Origin: Bugula neritina
Taxonomy: Eukaryota; Animalia; Bryozoa
DNA length: 64,000 nt
Assembly (NCBI GenBank): GCA_964035545.1
Contig: OZ037768.1
Location: forward strand, 9,828,741-9,892,740
Direction of reading: 5' to 3'
Within the stretch, counting starts at the first letter, position 1, and each line of letters begins with the position of its first letter. The notes under the pieces are model-generated. The model was not told the origin of the DNA, ran no database searches, and saw nothing but the letters and a program-made list of their open reading frames with translations. Positions 1 through 15,426 of the stretch are shown here, in pieces. The position numbers were made by a program, and so were the translations under genes.

Positions 1-182
1 TTTTGATGTATATGTGGGTTAAAGTGGGCTATTCAATTGGAAATGTTTGAAAAAACATCTTTGTACTCACATTCTACTGAGAGAAGCATAGTGCTTATGA
101 TTTTGGTTGCAATCTATATTCTATATAAAGCTACAAAGTTGTTTAGTTTTACTGGAAATATATTTTTATAGCTGGATTGCAT

Positions 183-325
183 GTATACTCTAAGTATATT
201 AGTATATGTACATATATACATATTATATACTCTAAGTAGATTAGTGTATGTACATATATACATATTATATACTCTACAGTATATTACTATATGTACATAT
301 ATACATATTATATACTCTACAGTCT
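183..325. repeat. ~42-bp AT-rich intronic tandem repeat (~3.5 copies)
   Basis: tatactctaagtatattagtatatgtacatatatacatatta repeated with variants. Confidence 0.8.
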
Positions 326-627
326 ATTACTGCTATAGGCAACTATTACTGCAGCCTTCCAGGTGTGCAATTCTTAAGCCTTTTATTCATCTCTTATATA
401 AGTGAGTTTGAAACTGTTTAAATTTTGAAAACTAACGGTTGAATAAATTTAATGATATAATGGCTAAAAAGCTCATTTATCTGAAGTAGCTTGGCTAATG
501 ATAAAGAGTACAACAGCGATACACTCTTCTCTTTAGTGCTGTCGAGTGATTGTTCAACTTTATATGAGCTACTGTCAAATAAAAGCTATTTAATCTTATG
601 AGAAAATATTTATAAATATTTCTGTAG

Positions 628-3600
628 CTCAACAGAAGGCTGATGACTTGGATGCCGCACATGTAGAAGAGTTGAAGATTTTAGCAGACGAACACGACTT
701 GCAGTTACAGCAGCTGCGAGATAAACTAGCCAGTCAGCTGGATGCTATGTCTACAGAGTTATCCGACCTCCAGGCTAACCACGAGGGGGAGTTACTTCAA
801 CTGAGAGCTGCACATAATAAATTGATGGAAGAAGCGTTGCTTGAGCAACATAACAACACGGAGCAGGATATACTTTTGAGGAATGAGGCTATGGAGTCTG
901 AAAGAGAGGCTTGGGAAGCCGAGAGAGAGGCTCATGAAGCCGAGGTGCAGGCCTTGGAGCATCAAATAAATCTGGAGAGACAAGAATACAAGTCTAAGGT
1001 GGAGTCTCACAGCTCCGTTGTTAGAGATCTAGAAAAGCAGTTGCTGAATGAAAGAACTCTGGCTAAGGTAAGGGCTACCATGTGTATATTTTGTTATGTA
1101 TGTTCTGTAACAACTTAATGAGAAAGTATATATTATGAAACTTATTAGCAGCTGGTAATCCTACATTATTTTTTTCTAGGCTTCACACTTTCTACGCTGT
1201 GAAAATGACTTAGTCGTAAATTATTACTACTACTTTAGGCTGTTCAGCCATTTTCATTAGTGTTAAAATGGCTTTTTATTTTCATTTGTAGCCTGTGTTT
1301 AAAACTACATTTTATGGTACAATATCTCATTATAATTCCCTTGCTGTGTTTGCTAGTGTCAAATTGCAATAATTTTGATTTAATAGAGACTTTTTGCTGC
1401 ATAAAAGATCCTCTTTGCTAAAATAATACAAGTTTGCCCTACTTGTTTTGCTGTAATTGTTTAAGCCATTACCTCTTGTGTATAGTATGCTATTTACTTG
1501 TTGTGAATTGTTTATGCATTCATAGCTTGCGTTGTATTGAATGAAGAGTTAATATCACTCGCTAGCAGCATACACTGTGCTAGAGACCGCCCATTCATTA
1601 ACTAGGTGTTGGCGTGGGCAGCCGTGCCGTTCCTATCTGTTCAAACAATGCTAATAATACACACTAGATAGAGTAAGCTTACTTTTATTTAGCTAGATAG
1701 TTTAGTGTTAATAGAATATTGCTATCAATCGTCAGTTTTATTAAATTTAAATTAAGTTTTATCACCTTCAGTGAGTTGTTTGGGCTTTACACTGTCTGAT
1801 TGATTGGTGCAGTAGTTTGTTTGCTGAAGCTGCCTAGTACTGAGCTGAAGTGGTAGTAACAGCTAACTTAGATAGCCTCTTCTGGTACATCTGGTGTACC
1901 ACATGACTACTGCTACATACTGAGTTGTGTTATGGTAAGATAACTTGTATGAATGGTTAGTGTAAGGAATTACTGTGTCGTATCAGGAGACATCCTCTGT
2001 TTGGATTGACAAGATGTCTGAGCTTCAGACAGAGCAGGAACACCGTAACCAAGAGTACAAGGACAGTCTGTCAGATATAGAGAAAACCTACCAGAAACAG
2101 ATAGACTCCCTGAAGGAGCACCTGCAGAGAATCATTACTGAAAGTCATCAGAAAGATGACTTGATAGAGCAGGTTAGTGACTGTCATTTATTTGTGGCTC
2201 TGCTAGTAGTTTTAATTACTATACCAGGTGTGTAGAGTTGATAGCTGTACAGCCATTCTTGTTTAGAAATTTGCTGTTTTACAAACTGCAAAATTTAGAT
2301 GGGTGAGTGAAACAGAACCTTGATAATGAACTTGATAATTTAATTAATTAATGTATCGCCAGTGTTAATGCCTGAAATGAAGAGTAGGGCTAAGGTGCAT
2401 AGTCAAGGTGGTTTTACTACTTTCACAGTATTTCTAGAAGTAGTGAAATACCAGATATTAATTTATATATCAGGAATCCTATTTTATTTGCATTCCAGTT
2501 TTAATGATTTGTTCAATACATTTTGTTTTAAACAAATTTGAAATGGATTTTGTAACCATCTGTTGTGTGTTGAACACATTAATTATTGAATTGTTAGAAC
2601 TACTATACACACAAACATACTGGTGTATCTGCATATATATGTAATAGTTTCATACAGTTAGCAGGCAAGACATGAAGCTAAGTTTGTAAACTAATATAAG
2701 TGTGTGTAAATAAAGGCTGCTTGGTAGTGAATTATCAGTGGTTTATGTCAGTAGTTTGATGTGAGATAGATGTAGCTTTTTTGATGCATATCTGTGATTG
2801 ATGTTAGGTGCTAGAGTAAAGGGAGTTTGTTGTACACTGTTTACACAATGTTCTTGTCAAAGTGGAGTTCTTTGTTAAGCTGCCTAATTAAAAATCTTAG
2901 AATTACATGCTTGAAGTTACATCTCTGTAGAATTATTTGTAACTTTACCTTGATTACAAGTTTACAGCCACTTCATTAATTTAATCAAGTTTGAAGATTT
3001 GCTCAAATGTGAATGTGTCTAGCATAGTCTGTTATTGTTGAAGTTGCAAATGTTTCAGAGTTGAAGCTTGCATAATGCATTGTCCAAACCTTTCATAGAC
3101 TCTGCTTTTGTTTACAGTTGAAAGCGGAAAAAGCTAAGCTCCAGGATCAGATTTCAACCTCTTCTGATTCTAAGGATTTAATCTCTCAACTGCAGGTTGA
3201 TTTAGATCACCTGAAGCAGGAGAAGTATGTGTAGTGTATACTATAGAGTAGAGGCTATAGACTATAGACTATAGTGTATGTCACTTATACACAGGCAGCT
3301 TGCTCTGCTGCTCATATTCTATATGAAAACCTTTTCTTGAATAAATGATGTGCCACTTCATTCCTTGAGGATTAGCGTAACATTTGATCAATAATTTCCT
3401 TTCAAATCTATTTGATGCCCAGGTAATGACAGCAATTACAGTGGTTTGCAGTGGTTGAAATTATACTGTCACACTAAATTTTTGAACCTCCTCTCTAGTA
3501 TTAGTAATTGCTTGAATTGTAAAGTCTAAAAATAGCACTTTTTAATACGCTGTAAGAAAATGTCTGTCATTCAGAAATGCAGACTGGTTAGTATTTTATT

Positions 3601-6600
3601 TATAAGTTGATGTGATTATCCTTCCCTTCACAATTGGCATAGATGAATTAATATTAAATGAAAAGTTATAACATTTTAGAGAATGATTTAAAGAGCTCTT
3701 GATACTTTCCCATGCATTTAAAGCAGATCAACCTGTGCAATGCACTCGAGTCTCAATTAACGTTCTTAAATAATCTTGACCTCTTTAGTATGTGAAACTC
3801 AGATTGTCTGTTATATTCAGTGGCAGAGTGTTCATCTATAATGAATTACAGTGCTGTGCCTTCTTTTAGATTGCTCTTTTAATGTCTTTACCCTGTTTGG
3901 CTTTGCATGGTTTTTCAATGCCCTGTGTTTCAGGGAATCTATTGGAGCTACCAACCAGAAACTTCTAGAACTTCTGTCCAACAATGTAGAGACACATCGG
4001 TCTCTTGAGTCACACATCCTCAAACGTATCGGCCCTGTTGATGGATTCTCTCAAAGTGGCAGGAGCACTCCTGTAAATAGGCCACAGCGACCTAATTCCA
4101 CGGCTGGCAAGTGTTTTATTCTATATTTGCATTTTTAGCGCTAATCATGTATGTGACAATATGGCATTAAATTGTTCTTCTTAAATCATGTTATTGTTAG
4201 TACTATTGGAGTTATTCCCCCAATGTACTATAATGCTGTAGGATTTGTAGGTACAACTGCACTTGATTGTTTAAATGTAATTGATTTAATGAGTTATTAA
4301 AATAAAATTGTGTTGTATATTATAAGTTATTGTTTCAGTTGATGGTAATGTGGGTGGAGCCAGCAATATGGGTGGCGCCAGCAATGTGGGAGGTGCTTCT
4401 TCCCGGGGAGATGCGGGCACACCTACTCCACACGAGAAAAGTTTTGACTCTGAGATGGCCGATGAAGGTTTGGATTTGAGTCACATGTCACACCCCAGGG
4501 AAGCCTCCATGTTTGTTGGTCCTTCCCTACAGTTCAGTGAGGAGGAGACTGTGATAGGTGAGTGACTATATGTGTAGTCTGGGTTTTGTACAACTGCCTG
4601 CTTGTGTGTGTCTATTATATGGATGTATATTGGACTGGTGGAAGTAAGGCTATAGTGTAATTCTGTGTTGGTAGTCTCTGGAACATCAGCTCTCTCGTTA
4701 CAGAATCTGGACGCCACCTGCAGGAAGTGGTGGACATGCTACTTTCTCGCATTGAAAATGTTAATGCTGAGCTCGAGGAAGCTAGGAGGGAGCAAGTAGA
4801 AATTTTCCAGAAACTCTCCGACAAGACAACTCAAGTAACGGCGTTGGAAAGGTAATATAACCCCCCCTAACTGGTTTCACATACAAGTTGTTTGTTGCAT
4901 GACAGCAGTGGCTGTATTCTCACCATTGTTATATCTGTTATATTAGGTTTACTCTAGTTAATGTACAGTCTATTCTGTTAGACTAAAATATAAAGTAGTC
5001 ATTTCTTGTTGAAAATGTGTAAACTTTGTTATATTATACTATATTGTATTCTTAGCATTGAAAGCAGGTAACTATTCTTCTGTTTTCTTTTTCTTTGTTA
5101 TTTAGTGTCTGCCGGCATTTCTCTTTCAATCTCTCATCAGCTATCATCATAATCCAAACTCTCTATCACAGTGAGAATATTCATCCCTGTTCTATACTAT
5201 ATATAATTTAATTTGATAGTATGTATTGTTGCAAAAATTAAGAAATTAATTAGACTACAGCGGAGTTGAACTGAACTCTCATAATATTTAGATTTTCAAT
5301 TTATTCAATTAGTCAACCTCAGTTAATAAGAATTTGAAAACTCACTCCACATTAATATATTCATGTTACAGACAAATTCTTATCTATGCTAGTACCACCA
5401 AAATTTATCTTATTATATTCTATTCTATTATCTATATTTTATCATTCTAGTTGTTATAGCTGGTTGTTTATAGTTTGCTTGCTTTGCAGTTGATCAAAAG
5501 TTCTTGTTTATTTATACATGTATGTACAATGAGCTGGCTGCAGTCGTTGTTGAATGTTTAGAAATATAATTTGTTCCCTTTGCAAAAGCCGTCGGAAATT
5601 GAAATTTATAAGATGCATGTTTTAGAATCCTTCAAGTTTTAATGAGATTTTCAAAAAAAGTTTTTCATGGCCAATATCTTTAGTAAGATCCGTCAGGAAT
5701 TGATTAGATAGACACTAATTATAGGCAAACCAAGTAGGATAATGTCAGGTCTATACTTGATGGTGGCCGCAGAGTGGTATTTCTACTGTCACACACATAA
5801 ATTAGCAATACTGTGATGCACCATGATGTCTGTGCTATAAGAGTCTATTCACACATTCTACTGCATGTATAGCGAGTTGAAGAGGTCAGACGCGGCTGCC
5901 ACTGAGATAGGAGAGCAGTTGGATCAGGCACTAGAAGAGAACACATATTTGAAGAGCTCAAATGGGCAGCAGCAAGGTATTTTCATTCATCTTCAGTTCT
6001 TTACTTTCACTGCTTGGGATAATTACCTGTTCTATAAAATTTATGCATATTTTATGTTGTTTTTCAGTTTAATTTTAGCCATGCATCTTAAAGTATATAT
6101 AAACATGTGAGCTGCATGTGATGGGTCGTCTAGTATGATGCTCCGCTATACTTTAGAAGTGGTTACGGAGTTGCGACACACAGAAAGTGACCTAAGTCAA
6201 GAATTGAGTGAAACTAAGGAGAAATTATCGTCTATAGAGGAGCAGTTTGCTATCATTCAGTCTGATTTGCTCACCTTACAAAATGAGCGCGATGCCGTGG
6301 AAGAGATGAAGCGTCACGTGGAGATGCAATATCAAGCATTGTCAAACGACGCCACCGACTCGGAAAGTCGTAAGTTTATCTGCGTACAAGTCAACTTTGT
6401 CCTTCTATATGACTTTCTTTTGCTTGTAGTAAGCATGTACGTACCTGCATACATGCTCTCTTTGCTATATCTTTGTGTGCTCTATATTTTGTACTGTGTA
6501 ACTTTCCTCATCTTTATATCAAACACCCTTGCTTACCCCTATTAGCTCTGGTGTATTCTCTTTTGCTGGTTATAATATAATTTTGTGACAGCTGCCCATA

Positions 6601-9600
6601 CTTTTGCTGTTTAACCTGAAATTGTTACTTTTGTATTAGGCTATGCAATATTTCTTTACCTGCATGCTACGCTTATTGCAGCAGAAAAAGGGGGAGATAA
6701 CTCTCAACTATCAGGTAGTGTCTATTTGCACTATTTTGGTGCTTGCCGTGTCTGGGTCCACACTGTAGAATCTAGATTATATCCCCTCTCCCTGCCTGTT
6801 TCTATCTATCCTAAGTCTACAAATATTGATATCAATATAATATTAATTCTTTGTCTCTGTGTCTATTCAAATGTTATAACAGCAAGTGTTGACAAATCAT
6901 GTTTTCATGTGAAATTTATATTTAAATGTTTAGTATAATTATACGGTTTTTCTAATGGTTCAAAAGGTCAAATTTCAAACTTTTTATGTTTACTTCTACA
7001 TAGTTGATTAGTTGAAATGTACCAAGTTGATTTTACTAAGTAGCCATTTAGATTTGTTGCACACATCTTATAAACTAGAGCAGGTTGAGTTGAGGATATA
7101 GTTATACATTGAACTGATATTCCTGATTCTGTTGTGATTAGTGATAATAATGAAGAACCTAACATGGTATAATGGTGGCTGGAAGTGTGGGTTCTGTGTT
7201 GGTATAGCCTATAAATGTTTCCCTTTTCATTTCCATATCTTTCTGTTTCCCATTACATTTATGCTGCAATGAAACTGTGTGAAAGTGGATAATTCTAATA
7301 CTGCTTATTGTGGTGTTGAAATCCTCACTGAAAGTGTATGTTTGATTAATCCACCTGGAAAGGAATTCCTAATCACACCATATGGTTTGCTAAGAAGCTA
7401 CCTGATGGCTTATTGCATAATTATTTTCATTGGATAAAATGTATTGTTTTTAGAGTTGATCACTTTGAACTCTCAACTTGCTACAGAAAAAGTCCAAATA
7501 CAGTCAGAGTACGAAAGTAGAGTCACCGAGTATGAGGAAAGAGTAAAGGTATAAACCAGTCACTCATTCTGTATTCTTTAAGTCTTCCAGATGTAAACAC
7601 TTCTACCGGAATGCTCTAGAAATGTTTACTGGAACCTCCTTTCTTTGTGTAGTTGGTGTATAGTTTTTGTCCTTATAATTTCTAGTAGTAGCATTCATGT
7701 GTGTTAACATTGTTCTATTCGCACAATGATTTCCTCACATAGTTATATGTATTCACCATTGCTTGACTTATTGTAGTCCTTGGAAGAACAGCTACTAGAT
7801 TTAGCTAAAGAGCGGGACTCAAAAGTCAACGCCCTTCTCAGTCAGCAGCGAGATCTTGAGCTAAAGGTTGAGAGTCTTGAGAAAAATCTTAATCGAGACA
7901 AACAATTTTATGAAGTAAGAAATTTTATGCCACCTCCAAGTAATGTAAATATGTCATCATACAGATAATGGCAGCTTGTCTAGATGCAGAGTTTTCAAGA
8001 TTTATATAACTTATTCTTAGTCAAATCTGTTTATATATATTACATATTGTTTTATAAAACAGCAACAGACAATGGAGAGAGAGACTGAACGTGATGAGCA
8101 TGCCTCAGTTGCCAACCTTCTCAAAGAAACTTTAGACAAGTGTAAGAGTCAGGAGGAGCTAATTGCTGATCTTCAGTCGCAGGTAGCATTTATTAGGGAT
8201 GCACAGTAAGCTATGTCTATGTAACATGTTATATTGTGTTTCTAATCGGTCCTTCTGTTTGTCTTCAATGAGCCTCCGTTCTTGAGGACGTGTAAGCAGG
8301 GAACTTTTGTTATGTTTATGCTGTGTTTGTTATTTATATAATTTATAGTCATTTTACACTAAAAGGTTATGTTTTTAATCTTCCAGCTGTCTCATACCGT
8401 GGAAGAGCTGCACAGCACAGCAATATCACATATTGCTGGGGCTCAGGAAAGCCTGGATCAGTCTCAGCTGACTAGGGCGGAGCTAGACGACAAGGATGAC
8501 ACAATTGCTGACATGAAGAAGATGATGGACTCGTTAGAGGCGGAGCTACAGACTTCTATTCACAGAGAGGCTGGTCTTCGTCAGGTATTGAATATTTCAG
8601 GTTATATGTGGCAGTATGATACATGTATTATATTATAGAATGTAATATTCTAATGAAACTATTTAAGGTCATATTAGCCTGTCATAGTAGTTATAGGGTA
8701 ATAATTAGTTTATAGTTTAGTGTGTAGATTGAACTGTGACCAGATTTGTATTACTTTTGCAGGCAGCTCATTTGTAAAGCTCGAAAAATAGTTTTAATAA
8801 TGGATTGTAGAAAATGAGTTGCAACAAAGTAGTATTTTCATATAAGAACTTTACCTCACATGTTACATTTCTGAAATTGTTTATCACTCTGTAGGTGTGT
8901 TTGAAAAGTTTTGGACTAAGGCCAACTTCTGTAATGTTTAATTCTGAAAATGTTGTTAGAAACTGGATTCGCTGCAAAAGACGAGTCAAGTAGACCAGAC
9001 GACATATGAAGAGCCCCCTCAGCTGACTCAGCACAATGTAATTAGTGAGCTGAGTGAGCGGCTGGAAGAAAGTCTCAAGGCTATACAGATACTCAAAGAA
9101 GAAAGAGACAACCTCACGGACCAAATGGAGGCACTGAAGAATTTATCTGAGGTTACTGTTTAAAAATTAAGAGTTTCAGCGTCTTTTGTCATGAGATACC
9201 TTGTTTTATTCTCCTCTTTCTCAGATTCAATTCTGTTGCTTTAAAATTTGTTTCATTCGAGTTTGTATTTAATTAGTGCCCCAAGACGATTGAACAATTT
9301 TGATTATTTCAATTTCTATCAAAGTCACTATCTGATATTTTCACTATTTGGATTTCTTGCTCTGATATAAATGGTTAGTTGGACTCAACTAACAAGCCTA
9401 TACTTCTATTCCACTTGTTGAGGCTATTCTTCTACATTAACTTCACTATAAACATTTACTTTAAATCTGTCTTATAAAACCCTCGTGTATCCTATCACTA
9501 AGTTAGGTAAGCAACTCAACCTGAACAAACTGTTCAGTCAAAATGGTTGTCAATCAGACATTTCTCAACTTTATTAACATGCTTAGGTTTCTGGCCAGGC

Positions 9601-12600
9601 TATAGCTGTTCTAGTATTGTTGTAGGAATACATGCAGGAGAAGGCAACTCTCCAGAACTCGGTGTACGAGCACCTTAATGACATTAGTATGTTGAAGTCT
9701 CAGCTTGAAACCCTTAGGCACCAAACCAGCAGCAAACCAGGAGAGACCTCTAGGGCAGAGGCTCTGGTTGAAGAGCTACATGTGCTCCAGGATAAGTTGG
9801 AAAGGAAGGAGGAAGAGGTGAGTTGGTTCTTCTGTTTATAACGTAGAGCAGCACCTCGGCTTCAATGTGCTGATAGTTCTTTGGTATACTGAAGACGGGC
9901 ATATAAGTAATGGCAGAACAAAGTATTTTCTTGCTCATACTTTTGTCAAATGTTGAATTATTGCATTTTATATATTAGAACTAGTTTCATTCATTTATAT
10001 TACAGGGCACTACTTTGTTATCAGTTTTGTGTGTGTGACATTCATCATACCATATTTATCTTGCTAATATTTATTTATATCTCGTAAACCATTTATGATT
10101 CTTGCCTGAGTAGATTTACACATTGTCTATAATGATTTTGGTTTCTCCAATAGTTGGCAGCGTTGACAGAACGACTACAATCCGCTGAGAAATCTCTGGC
10201 CCACCATGAAGATGATGAGAAGCTGAACATGCTGGAGTTACAGCAAGTCATCGAGCAGGAGAGGGAAAGATCAGCTGAGCTGGAGGAGGCAGTGACTCAG
10301 CTACAGGTGAGTTCTCCGATCTACCATACTAAGTACATATCATAGTAAGTACATATCATAGTAAGTACATATCGTAGTAAGTAACACATACCATAGTAAG
10401 TACATACCATAGTAAGAACATACCATAGTAAGTAACACATACCATAGTAAGTACATACCATAGTAAGTACATACCATAGTAATTACATACCATAGTAACA
10501 CATACCATAGTAAGTACATACCATAGTAAGTACATACCATAGTAAGTACATACCATAGCAAGTACATACCATAGCAAGTACATACCATAGTAAGTAACAC
10601 ATACCATAGTAAGTACATACCATAGTAAGTACATACCATAGTAATTACATACCATAGTAACACATACCATAGTAAGTACATACCATAGTAAGTACATACC
10701 ATAGTAAGTACATACCATAGTAAGTACATACCATAGCAAGTACATACCATAGCAAGTACATACCATAGTAAGTAACACATACCATAGTAAGTACATACCA
10801 TAGTAAGTACATACCATAGTAATTACATACCATAGTAACACATACCATAGTAAGTACATACCATAGTAAGTACATACCATAGTAAGTAACACATACCATA
10901 GTAAGTACATACCATAGTAAGTACATACCATAGTAATTACATACCATAGTAACACATACCATAGTAACACATACCATAGTAAGTACATACCATAGTAAGT
11001 ACATACCATAGTAAGTACATACCATAGTAAGTACATACCATAGCAAGTACATACCATAGCAAGTACATACCATAGTAAGTAACACATACCATAGTAAGTA
11101 ACACATACCATAGTAAGTACATACCATAGTAATTACATACCATAGTAATTACATACCATAGTAACACATACCATAGTAAGTACATACCATAGTAAGTACA
11201 TACCATAGTAATTACATACCATAGTAACACATACCATAGTAAGTACATACCATAGTAAGTACATACCATAGTAAGTACATACCATAGTAAGTACATACCA
11301 TAGCAAGTACATACCATAGCAAGTACATACCATAGTAAGTAACACATACCATAGTAAGTACATACCATAGTAAGTACATACCATAGTAAGTAACACATAC
11401 CATAGTAAGTACATACCATAGTAAGTACATACCATAGTAATTACATACCATAGTAACACATACCATAGTAACACATACCATAGTAAGTACATACCATAGT
11501 AAGTACATACCATAGTAAGTACATACCATAGTAAGTACATACCATAGTAAGTACATACCATAGCAAGTACATACCATAGCAAGTACATACCATAGTAAGT
11601 AACACATACCATAGTAAGTACATACCATAGTAAGTACATACCATAGTAATTACATACCATAGTAACACATACCATAGTAAGTACATACCATAGTAAGTAC
11701 ATACCATAGTAATTACATACCATAGTAAGTACATACCATAGTAAGTACATACCATAGTAATTACATACCATAGTAACACATACCATAGTAAGTACATACC
11801 ATAGTAAGTACATACCATAGTAAGTACATACCATAGTAAGTACATACCATAGTAAGTACATACCATAGTAAGTACATACCATAGTAAGTACATACCATAG
11901 TAAGTACATACCATAGTAAGTACATACCATAGTAAGTACATACCATAGTAAGTACATACCATAGTAAGTACATACCATAGTAAGTACATACCATAGTAAG
12001 TACATACCATAGCAAGTACATACCATAGCAAGTACATACCATAGTAAGTAACACATACCATAGTAAGTACATACCATAGTAAGTACATACCATAGTAAGT
12101 ACATACCATAGCAAGTACATACCATAGCAAGTACATACCATAGTAAGTAACACATACCATAGTAAGTACATACCATAGTAAGTACATACCATAGTAATTA
12201 CATACCATAGTAACACATACCATAGTAAGTACATACCATAGTAAGTACATACCATAGTAAGTACATACCATAGTAAGTACATACCATAGCAAGTACATAC
12301 CATAGCAAGTACATACCATAGTAAGTAACACATACCATAGTAAGTACATACCATAGTAAGTACATACCATAGTAATTACATACCATAGTAACACATACCA
12401 TAGTAAGTACATACCATAGTAAGTACATACCATAGTAAGTAACACATACCATAGTAAGTACATACCATAGTAAGTACATACCATAGTAATTACATACCAT
12501 AGTAACACATACCATAGTAACACATACCATAGTAAGTACATACCATAGTAAGTACATACCATAGTAAGTACATACCATAGTAAGTACATACCATAGTAAG

Positions 12601-15333
12601 TACATACCATAGCAAGTACATACCATAGCAAGTACATACCATAGCAAGTACATACCATAGTAAGTAACACATACCATAGTAAGTACATACCATAGTAAGT
12701 ACATACCATAGTAATTACATACCATAGTAACACATACCATAGTAAGTACATACCATAGTAAGTACATACCATAGTAATTACATACCATAGTAACACATAC
12801 CATAGTAAGTACATACCATAGTAAGTACATACCATAGTAAGTACATACCATAGTAAGTACATACCATAGCAAGTACATACCATAGCAAGTACATACCATA
12901 GTAAGTAACACATACCATAGTAAGTACATACCATAGTAAGTACATACCATAGTAATTACATACCATAGTAACACATACCATAGTAAGTACATACCATAGT
13001 AAGTACATACCATAGTAAGTAACACATACCATAGTAAGTACATACCATAGTAAGTACATACCATAGTAATTACATACCATAGTAACACATACCATAGTAA
13101 CACATACCATAGTAAGTACATACCATAGTAAGTACATACCATAGTAAGTACATACCATAGTAAGTACATACCATAGTAAGTACATACCATAGCAAGTACA
13201 TACCATAGCAAGTACATACCATAGTAAGTAACACATACCATAGTAAGTACATACCATAGTAAGTACATACCATAGTAATTACATACCATAGTAACACATA
13301 CCATAGTAAGTACATACCATAGTAAGTACATACCATAGTAATTACATACCATAGTAAGTACATACCATAGTAAGTACATACCATAGTAATTACATACCAT
13401 AGTAACACATACCATAGTAAGTACATACCATAGTAAGTACATACCATAGTAAGTACATACCATAGTAAGTACATACCATAGTAAGTACATACCATAGTAA
13501 GTACATACCATAGTAAGTACATACCATAGTAAGTACATACCATAGTAAGTACATACCATAGCAAGTACATACCATAGCAAGTACATACCATAGTAAGTAA
13601 CACATACCATAGTAAGTACATACCATAGTAAGTACATACCATAGTAAGTAACACATACCATAGTAAGTACATACCATAGTAAGTACATACCATAGTAAGT
13701 ACATACCATAGCAAGTACATACCATAGTAAGTAACACATACCATAGTAAGTACATACCATAGTAAGTACATACCATAGTAATTACATACCATAGTAACAC
13801 ATACCATAGTAAGTACATACCATAGTAAGTACATACCATAGTAAGTAACACATACCATAGTAAGTACATACCATAGTAAGTACATACCATAGTAATTACA
13901 TACCATAGTAACACATACCATAGTAACACATACCATAGTAAGTACATACCATAGTAAGTACATACCATAGTAAGTACATACCATAGTAAGTACATACCAT
14001 AGTAAGTACATACCATAGCAAGTACATACCATAGCAAGTACATACCATAGTAAGTAACACATACCATAGTAAGTACATACCATAGTAAGTACATACCATA
14101 GTAATTACATACCATAGTAACACATACCATAGTAAGTACATACCATAGTAAGTACATACCATAGTAATTACATACCATAGTAAGTACATACCATAGTAAG
14201 TACATACCATAGTAATTACATACCATAGTAACACATACCATAGTAAGTACATACCATAGTAAGTACATACCATAGTAAGTACATACCATAGTAAGTACAT
14301 ACCATAGTAAGTACATACCATAGTAAGTACATACCATAGTAAGTACATACCATAGTAAGTACATACCATAGCAAGTACATACCATAGCAAGTACATACCA
14401 TAGTAAGTAACACATACCATAGTAAGTACATACCATAGTAAGTACATACCATAGTAATTACATACCATAGTAACACATACCATAGTAAGTACATACCATA
14501 GTAAGTACATACCATAGTAAGTACATACCATAGTAAGTACATACCATAGTAAGTACATACCATAGTAATTACATACCATAGTAAGTAACACATACCATAG
14601 TAAGTACATACCATAGTAAGTACATACCATAGTAATTACATACCATAGTAACACATACCATAGTAACACATACCATAGTAAGTACATACCATAGTAAGTA
14701 CATACCATAGTAAGTACATACCATAGTAAGTACATACCATAGTAAGTACATACCATAGTAAGTACATACCATAGTAAGTACATACCATAGTAATTACATA
14801 CCATAGTAAGTAACACATACCATAGTAAGTACATACCATAGTAAGTACATACCATAGTAATTACATACCATAGTAACACATACCATAGTAACACATACCA
14901 TAGTAAGTACATACCATAGTAAGTACATACCATAGTAAGTACATACCATAGTAAGTACATACCATAGTAAGTACATACCATAGTAATTACATACCATAGT
15001 AAGTAACACATACCATAGTAAGTACATACCATAGTAAGTACATACCATAGTAATTACATACCATAGTAACACATACCATAGTAACACATACCATAGTAAG
15101 TACATACCATAGTAAGTACATACCATAGTAAGTACATACCATAGTAAGTACATACCATAGTAAGTACATACCATAGTAAGTACATACCATAGTAAGTACA
15201 TACCATAGTAAGTACATACCATAGTAAGTACATACCATAGTAAGTAACACATGTGTGAATACATATGACTGCAATTCGCAGTGGACTCGAGTGCTAATCT
15301 GAACAACTAATTGTGAGAAAGGGAATACCTGAG

Positions 15334-15426
<93 letters not shown>

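Noticed and set aside
10323-15252. CRISPR-like array
   Set aside because: Units are contiguous with no unique spacers, no cas genes are present, and the context is a eukaryotic intron.
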